From an uncultured cyanobacterium (lineage in GTDB: Bacteria; Cyanobacteriota; Cyanobacteriia; Cyanobacteriales; Microcystaceae), in NCBI GenBank assembly GCA_963807635.1, contig CAWEDJ010000089.1, positions 1 to 25,742 of the forward strand: a DNA stretch of 25,742 nucleotides, read 5' to 3'. The notes below the pieces were generated by a model. It had not been told where the DNA came from. It worked only from the letters and a program-made list of their open reading frames with translations, and made no database searches. Position numbers and translations under genes: made by a program. Of the stretch, positions 19,356-25,742 are shown piece after piece. Every line of letters starts with the position of its first letter. Position 1 is the first letter of the stretch.

Positions 19356-20355
19356 CAATCACTAAAACAATTTTGCCAGTCGTTGAGCCTGTTTCTAATG
19401 ACTGATGGGTCGTGATTGCGTTTTTACAGGGAAAGGTTTGGCCGACATGGATCTTGAGTGTCCCTTCATCAAACCATTGAGCCGCCTGTTGGAGAATGTT
19501 GGCTTGATGTTTTTGGGCTTCGGTTAAATTCATTAAAAGGGGCGTTAACATAATTTCTAAACTAATGCGTAAATTGCGATTGCGAGCTATTTTGAAGTCT
19601 CCGTCTTGGAAACTCGGCTCCAAAATTGTGACTAAATCTCCGTAAATTTTAACGGCAGGAACCGTATCAAAAAAAGTTTTACCTCCCACCGTATCAAAAG
19701 CAAGATCGACTCCTTTTCCCTTGGTATAGGTGTGAACTGCCTCAACAAAATCCGTTTGTTTGTATAAAATGGGCAAATCCGCGCCTAATTGACGGACTAA
19801 ACGCTCTTTATCAGAAGAACCCACCGTTGTTAAAACCTCAGCCCCCCGCAATTTTGCCAATTGGATTGCTAAATGTCCGACCCCGCCCGCACCTGCATGA
19901 ATTAACACGCTTTGCCCTGCTTCCAATCGTCCTCGGTCGTAAAGAGATTCCCAAGCTGTAATGAGTGCCAAAGGAACGGCGGCGGCTTCTGTAAAGGATA
20001 AAGAAGTCGGTTTATGGGCAACACAATGTTCTTCTACAACGGTATATTCAGCATAATTTCCTGTTTCGGCTTTTCCTAATCCACCCGCACAAAAATAAAC
20101 GCGATCGCCCACTTTAAATTTTTCAACAGCCGTTCCCACCGCTTCCACAACTCCTGCTCCATCACACCCTAAAATAGCAGGTAAATCATCAGGATAAAAA
20201 GTTCCTCGTTGACGCAATTTAGTATCAATGGGATTCACTCCTGCGGCTTTTAATTTGATTAATAATTCCGTTGGGGTTTTAATTTGAGGAGTCGGTATAT
20301 CCCGAAATTCTAGAACTTCTGGTGAACCCGCGTTTGTCATGACAATGGCTTTCAT
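19348..20355 (-). CDS. MDR-superfamily oxidoreductase (NADPH:quinone reductase-like)
   Basis: MKAIV, AAGVNPID, ILGCDGAGVV, LIHAGAGGVGHLAIQLAK, GVDLAFDTVGG, GKIVL. Confidence 0.92.
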   Translation of the reverse strand: MKAIVMTNAGSPEVLEFRDIPTPQIKTPTELLIKLKAAGVNPIDTKLRQRGTFYPDDLPAILGCDGAGVVEAVGTAVEKFKVGDRVYFCAGGLGKAETGNYAEYTVVEEHCVAHKPTSLSFTEAAAVPLALITAWESLYDRGRLEAGQSVLIHAGAGGVGHLAIQLAKLRGAEVLTTVGSSDKERLVRQLGADLPILYKQTDFVEAVHTYTKGKGVDLAFDTVGGKTFFDTVPAVKIYGDLVTILEPSFQDGDFKIARNRNLRISLEIMLTPLLMNLTEAQKHQANILQQAAQWFDEGTLKIHVGQTFPCKNAITTHQSLETGSTTGKIVLVIDE

Positions 20356-20382
20356 TGTTTTAATTCTCCATTTAGAGGTTAA

Positions 20383-21341
20383 TTAATTATATTTGACTCT
20401 GGGATCTAGAAAACGATAGGTAAGATCTGCTAGGGTATTAAAAATTACAATTAAAACTGCATAAATAAACGTAACCGCCATTACCACAGGTGTATCTTTA
20501 CGATAAATAGATTCAATCATTAACGCCCCAATCCCTGGCACCCGAAATACCTGTTCCGTCACTAATGCACCCGTAAAAATTGTGGGTATATCCAACGCAA
20601 TTAGGGTAACAACAGGAATCATCGCGTTGCGTAATAAATGATTTTTTAAAACCGCAAAATGACTTAATCCTTTGGCATAGGCTGTACGAATATAATCCTG
20701 GGATAATTGTTCTAAAATCGATGATCGCACAAAGCGCATTAAAACGGCACACTGGTATAAAGCTAATACACAAATGGGTAAAATTGACTGTTGAATTTGA
20801 TTGCCAAAATCATTAATGTTATTAACCTGTAGAGTACTATTGTAAATAAATGGAACCCATTTTAACTGCACACTAAAAATGATAATAGCAATTAATCCCG
20901 TTAAAAATGTCGGTAAGGAAAATCCCATTAAACTAATCGTGGTTAAAAGTTGATCAATCCAAGAGTAGCGTTTGATTGCCGAAATAATTCCCAAAGGAAA
21001 GGCGATTAAAACACTTAAAATATAGGCCGAGCCTACCACCCATAATGTTGTCGGTAAACGCTGTAAAATCAACTCTATAACAGGACTACGACTGGTAAAA
21101 GAATAGCCCAAATCACCTTTTAGTAATGAGATTAACCATTTAAAGTAACGGACAGGAATTGGTTGATCTAGTCCTAAACTGCGGCGGATATTTTCCCTAA
21201 CGGCGACCGTGATAGCGGGATTGCTGGCTAATTCTCCCAGAGGATCACCAGCGCGATCGCGAGAATCATAAAAATAACCAAACTGGTACCGATTAGCGTG
21301 ACAAAAGCAATGAATATTCGTTGAATAAAATGGGAAAACAT
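20383..21341 (-). CDS. dppB: Peptide/nickel ABC permease, DppB/OppB family (frameshift at ~21251; repaired 319 aa)
   Basis: ATG 21341 MFSHFIQRIFIAFVTLIG...AIA[P]GDP, LGLDQPIPVRY, GDLGYS, DYIRTAYAKGL, TEQVFRVPGIG, LDPRV. Confidence 0.88.
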
Positions 21342-21518
21342 TTTTGAGATTAATATTTTTCCTAATTCTGACGTAAAATCGCATGATTATGGCAATTCAA
21401 TTTATTCCTGAAAAAAATCGCAGGGAAATAATACCTTAAAATCCCCACGATCCTTGTATGTGTTATCGAACCGCAATATACTGTAGAGGCAAACTTAAGA
21501 CCAACTCACATCATCATT

Positions 21519-22451
21519 TTAGACATTGGAGTAAAGACTATTCCGCAAAATAGTATAGCCTTTGATTAATTCCTGAATGCCTCTTCCTAAAGACCATTCA
21601 GGGGCAAAACCCGTACTTAAGATGCGCTGGTTAGAAACAATATAGTCTCGTTTATCAGGGTCTTCTCCGATGGGAGCTTCCAAATAAACAAAATTAGGCA
21701 AATGCTTCTTTATTTCATGGCATAGCTCTAGCTTAGATAAATTGGCATCTTCTAACCCCACGTTATAGGGTTTGCCTTTCATGGCTTCAAAGTTTTTAAT
21801 CCCATGTAAGAAAACATTAACCACATCCCGAATGTGAATATAGTTACGTTTAAAATGACCTTCAAAAATAACTACGGCTCGGTCATGCACTGCTCTATAG
21901 ACAAAATCATTCACTAATAAATCTACCCGCATCCGAGGAGACATCCCAAAAACCGTTGCCAGTCTGAAAGTCATGCCGTTTTCCCGTTCTAGAATGGCTT
22001 TTTCTGCTTCTACTTTGGTGACACCATAGAGAGAAATGGGACGCAAGGGACTTTCTTCGGTACAAAATTTCCCCGCTTCCCCAATGCCATAGCCGCTATT
22101 CGTTACGGGCATTAAAATCCGTTGGGCGGGACTGGCTAATCGACATAAAAGCTTGATGGCATCTAAATTAATCGTTTGAGTGCCTATCTGATCTCGACTA
22201 CAGAGGGGCGCACCCACCAGAGCCGCTAAAGGAATAATGACATCGGCATCCCGCAATAATTTCTGCATCAGAGACTCATCCCGACAATCTCCCCGAACAA
22301 CAGTAAAGGTTTCGTATTGGCAACATTCTGCCAGACTGGTTTGACGAAACATAAAACTATCTAAGACGGTGACTTCATAGCCCTGGGATAATAAAATAGG
22401 CGTTAAAACTGAGCCGATATAGCCTGCTCCGCCCGTAATCAAAATTTTCAT
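21519..22451 (-). CDS. NAD-dependent sugar-nucleotide epimerase/dehydratase (extended SDR)
   Basis: ITGGAGYIG, YGVTK (YxxxK), FRLATVFGMSPRMRVDL, RNYIHIRD. Confidence 0.92.
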   Translation of the reverse strand: MKILITGGAGYIGSVLTPILLSQGYEVTVLDSFMFRQTSLAECCQYETFTVVRGDCRDESLMQKLLRDADVIIPLAALVGAPLCSRDQIGTQTINLDAIKLLCRLASPAQRILMPVTNSGYGIGEAGKFCTEESPLRPISLYGVTKVEAEKAILERENGMTFRLATVFGMSPRMRVDLLVNDFVYRAVHDRAVVIFEGHFKRNYIHIRDVVNVFLHGIKNFEAMKGKPYNVGLEDANLSKLELCHEIKKHLPNFVYLEAPIGEDPDKRDYIVSNQRILSTGFAPEWSLGRGIQELIKGYTILRNSLYSNV

Positions 22452-22481
22452 GATTTAACCTTGGTTTCTAACTGTTTCAAT

Positions 22482-23219
22482 CTAATGAACGGATTCTAGG
22501 TAATGGCTGATGGTTTCTTCGGTACTGCCCGCAAAACGGATTTTACCCCGATCCAGCCAAATAGCACGCTCGCAAGATTGTTGAATAAACTCTAACCCAT
22601 GTGATACTACCAGAATTGTGGTGTGGTGATCCCATAGTTTGTCGATTCGTTTTTGACATTTATTTTTGAAACTTTCGTCCCCGACCGATAGAACTTCGTC
22701 CAAGATTAGAATATCAGGCTGGACATCGGTGGCGATCGCAAAGCCTAAACGGGCACTCATCCCAGAGGACAAAGATTTAACAGGCGCAAAAGTATAGTCC
22801 TGAAGTTCAGCAAAATCCAAAATCGAAAAAACGCGCTCTTTCATCTCCTTGCGCGAAAAGCCCAACATCACCCCGTAAAGAACAATATTATCTCTCACCG
22901 AAAGGTCGGGGTCAAATCCCGCCCCCAATTCAATCAACGGTGCGATTTCACCCTTAACCCAAAGATTCCCCGTTGTTGGCTTCAGAATACCGCAAATCAA
23001 CTTCAACATGGTCGATTTGCCCGACCCATTGGAACCAATGATACCAATTTTTTCTCCCGCATTAACAACCAGATCAACTTTGTCAAGAATTAATTTCTTT
23101 GACGGCTTACGATATTTTCCTTCCAGAAAAGACAGAAGGGTTTTCTTGAGGTCGTAGGAAAACTCTTCTTGGGTTCTTCGATACAGAGAAACTTGATCTA
23201 GGCGAATAACTTCTGTCAT
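22482..23219 (-). CDS. wzt: Polysaccharide ABC exporter ATPase (Wzt/RfbB type, no C-terminal binding domain)
   Basis: GSNGSGKST, LIELGAGF, LSSGMSARLGFA, ILDEVLSVGD. Confidence 0.9.
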   Translation of the reverse strand: MTEVIRLDQVSLYRRTQEEFSYDLKKTLLSFLEGKYRKPSKKLILDKVDLVVNAGEKIGIIGSNGSGKSTMLKLICGILKPTTGNLWVKGEIAPLIELGAGFDPDLSVRDNIVLYGVMLGFSRKEMKERVFSILDFAELQDYTFAPVKSLSSGMSARLGFAIATDVQPDILILDEVLSVGDESFKNKCQKRIDKLWDHHTTILVVSHGLEFIQQSCERAIWLDRGKIRFAGSTEETISHYLESVH

Positions 23220-23237
23220 TTAAAAATCGGTTAAACT

Positions 23238-24041
23238 CTACAATAAATCCATAAACTGATCTTGCCAGGCTCTAAAAACCAACCAGCCAACTGCCAAAAG
23301 AATAATACCATTTAGTAGGGAATGTAGCATCAAACCCCAGGGCAAGTTTCCAAACAAAGAAATTTCGCGAATACTTTCAATAATGGGAAATAAAGGATTC
23401 AGGTACAAAAACGGTCGAACTTGGGGCGGAACAATATCAACGGGATAAAAAATAGGAGACCCCATCCAGAGCGTAAAAGTGATTAATTCATAAAAATAGG
23501 GTAAATCGCGAAAAAAGACATATAGAGCCGCGACTAAAAAACCTACACCAGTACAAACTAATATCAGACCCCCCAAAGGAAATAATAAAGCCAGAATATA
23601 GAGTGGATTTTTACTATGCAGAAGCGTTACGATCGCCAACAAGGGAAAAGAGCCAACAGCAAATTGAAAAATATTAGCAACAATCATTGAGAGGGGAAAG
23701 ACGCTCATCGGCAAACGAATTTTATTCATCAACCCGCCGCCGCCGACCACACTAGCGAGGGCCTGCATCGTTGAAGAGGAAAAAAAATTAATGATAATTA
23801 AGCCCGTAAAAGCGGCTAAGACATAATTAATAATTGATCCGCCGTAATAACTCTTAAAAGCAGCACCAAAAATAGCAGTGTACATCCCTGTCATCAGCAA
23901 GGGGCTGAGCAAAGACCAATAAACCCCTAAAAATGACCCCCGATAGCGTCCTTTTAAGTTTCGCTCAACTAGTATGTGTAGTAGCTCCACATATCGCTGC
24001 AAGGGCGACCATTTGAAGCGATTTACTAAAGACAGGGACAT
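23238..24041 (-). CDS. wzm: Polysaccharide ABC exporter permease (Wzm/RfbA type)
   Basis: RYRGSFLGVYWSLLSPL, VFFRDL, SPIFYP, LNPL; upstream of wzt. Confidence 0.9.
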   Translation of the reverse strand: MSLSLVNRFKWSPLQRYVELLHILVERNLKGRYRGSFLGVYWSLLSPLLMTGMYTAIFGAAFKSYYGGSIINYVLAAFTGLIIINFFSSSTMQALASVVGGGGLMNKIRLPMSVFPLSMIVANIFQFAVGSFPLLAIVTLLHSKNPLYILALLFPLGGLILVCTGVGFLVAALYVFFRDLPYFYELITFTLWMGSPIFYPVDIVPPQVRPFLYLNPLFPIIESIREISLFGNLPWGLMLHSLLNGIILLAVGWLVFRAWQDQFMDLL

Positions 24042-24219
24042 AAAATTTTTGAGTTTTTTACTATGAATAAGAATTATAGTCTAAAGGCCCATCTTATCAT
24101 AATCGTCTTTTTGCCTGGGGTCGCAGTCAGGAGAAACTTTCGCTTATATTTGAAGAGGAGGGGACAAATTCCGTTAGACTGGTTATTGGTTTATTTGTAT
24201 CCTATCGCAAAATTTCGAT

Positions 24220-24414
24220 ATGAAAATCGGTCAAAAAGTTAAAGTTTATCGCCTTAGAGACCGAGTCTCCCAGGATATTGTGGGAAAACTCGGCAAAGTA
24301 GGAGTTGTTCAAGATTTCAAAATGACGGATGGTAGTGGCATTGGTGCAGTGGTTGCCTTTGAAGACAAAACTGCTACTTGGTTTTTTGAGGACGAATTAC
24401 AATCCTTGAATTAA
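24220..24414 (+). CDS. petP: Cytochrome b6f-associated subunit PetP (DUF2862)
   Basis: MKIGQKVKV.RLRDRV...KMTDGSGIG..V.F.D...TWFFEDEL. Confidence 0.9.
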   Translation: MKIGQKVKVYRLRDRVSQDIVGKLGKVGVVQDFKMTDGSGIGAVVAFEDKTATWFFEDELQSLN

Positions 24415-24458
24415 GATTGTTAGCATCACGGCTGATTTTTTTATTATTCAGATTATTT

Positions 24459-25548
24459 ATGACCCTAATCACTACTTTTTTGGGTAAGGGCGGTACGGGT
24501 CGGACGACTACGGCGATCGCTGTGGCGAAAAAATTATCCCGCTTGGGGTCTCGTGTTCTTCTCGTAGGACAAGACCCCACCTTAGGGTTTATTTTGGGCG
24601 AACCCCTAACCCAGACAGCTACGGAAATTGAGTCTAATCTTTTGGCGGTACAACTTTCTACGACCACTCTTTTGGAAGGCGGTTGGGAAAAAATTAAGGA
24701 ATTAGAAGCTAAATATCTGCGATCGCCGACCCTCAAAAATATCTATGGTCAAGAACTCGGTGTTTTTCCAGGAATGGATGAAATCCTGACTCTGAATGCA
24801 CTCAGGGAATACAGCCAGAGCCGCCAATATGATGTCATTGTCTATGATGGTGCGGGTAATCTCAATAGCCTACGAATGCTGGGGGTTCCCGAAATTGGTA
24901 GTTGGTATTGGCGACGTTTTCAGCAAGTTTTAAAGGGTTCGGAGGTTGTTCAAACCCTTGCTCCTTTTTCTTGGCCCCATTGCGGGAGCCGTGCTTAATG
25001 TTTCTGGCGGTTTTGAGCAGTTATCACAAGATCCTCAAAATCCTGAAATTTTATTAAACGAAGGTGTTCAAGCCTTAAATAATCCCAATCGCTTTGCGGC
25101 CTACTTAGTAACTAAGGCTGATCCTCTCTCGATTTTAATGGCGAAATCCTTATGGGGAGGAGCGCAACAAATCGGTTTAACCGTAAAAGGTGTTTTTCTC
25201 AATTCCAGAGGAGAAAATCAAGATATCAGGACGGAATTTGAGCCATTATCCGTAACCACACTTCCCCACTACTCTGACAATAATTGGGAGGGGTTAATTG
25301 ACTCAATCCCAGATATTCGAGGCGTTCAAGCTGTTCCTGAACCCTTGAAGATTGATTTGCCCGCACGTCAAGTTAAGCTCTTTTTGCCAGGTTTTGACAA
25401 AAAAGAGGTTAAATTAACCCAATACGGCCCCGAAATCACCATTGAAGCAGGGGATCAAAGACGGAATATCTCTCTGCCTGCTCCCCTCAGTGGTCAACCC
25501 GTGAAGGGGGCAAAGTTCCAAAATAGTTACTTAATTATTTCTTTTTAG
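24459..25548 (+). CDS. Get3d/ArsA-family ATPase with C-terminal alpha-crystallin domain (frameshift in T5 run 24965-24969; repaired 362 aa)
   Basis: TFLGKGGTGRTT, YLRSPTLKNIYGQELGVFPGMD, YDVIVYDG, LFLPGFDKKEVKLTQYGPEITIEAGDQRRNI. Confidence 0.9.
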
Positions 25549-25599
25549 GTTTGCCGATTGTTTAAGAATGTCGATGAACAACAGCGATCGCAAGAGAAA

Positions 25600-25742
25600 T
25601 TAAACAAGGGTAAAGCGACCAATGGTTTGGGCTGTCATAAATTGGTAATTTAAATCACTAACCTGATTACCCTGGAGTTGAATCAGGAATTCATTACTTT
25701 GATTAGCCCGCAAGCCAACATTATCATAGATTTTGTAGGTGG
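25600..25742 (-). CDS. 3' end of a hypothetical protein entering from the right edge
   Basis: Open frame ...TYKIYDNVGLRANQSNEFLIQLQGNQVSDLNYQFMTAQTIGRFTLV-TAA (25602-25600). Confidence 0.55.
   Translation of the reverse strand, partial: TYKIYDNVGLRANQSNEFLIQLQGNQVSDLNYQFMTAQTIGRFTLV

Noticed and set aside
18058..21341. dppB permease plus the solute-binding protein as one ABC transporter
   Set aside because: DppB-type permeases use family-5 binding proteins; this SBP is family-1-like, and no DppC or ATPase is present
21519..24041. wzm-wzt-epimerase as part of the exosortase system
   Set aside because: Over 9 kb away with unrelated genes between; a common stand-alone cyanobacterial trio, so no link is supportable from sequence
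24459..25548. Arsenic resistance ATPase (arsA)
   Set aside because: Single ATPase domain plus alpha-crystallin tail, no Cys in the repaired frame, no arsB/C/R; fits Get3d

Overview
Chromosomal DNA from a cyanobacterium: about 25 HIP1 GCGATCGC sites, and Synechocystis-like gene pairs gpmI-secG, purA-rplY and wzm-wzt-epimerase. In order, the window holds a complete ISY100-like IS630 element, Anbu (proteasome-type protease), pepP, a Uma2-family gene, gpmI-secG and an M10-type Zn protease. A cyanoexosortase A cassette follows (crtA, associated protein, HpsJ-like) with two PEP-CTERM genes. Those two genes arose from an ~830-bp tandem duplication that still carries a decayed protease 3' end and twin sigma70 promoters. 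After rplY and purA come small hypotheticals, then a minus-strand run (dppB-type permease, MDR oxidoreductase, orphan family-1 solute-binding lipoprotein, large MscS channel, two secreted Cys proteins), wzm/wzt/epimerase, petP and a Get3d/ArsA-like ATPase. Twelve 1-2 nt frameshifts outside the IS, some in housekeeping genes, look like long-read consensus errors; 8 lie at or next to GGCC or CGATCG. The best candidates for novel biology are the solute-binding protein + MscS pair with no ABC permease/ATPase, and the exosortase locus with its duplicated, diverging substrates. All family calls come from motif recognition; no searches were run.
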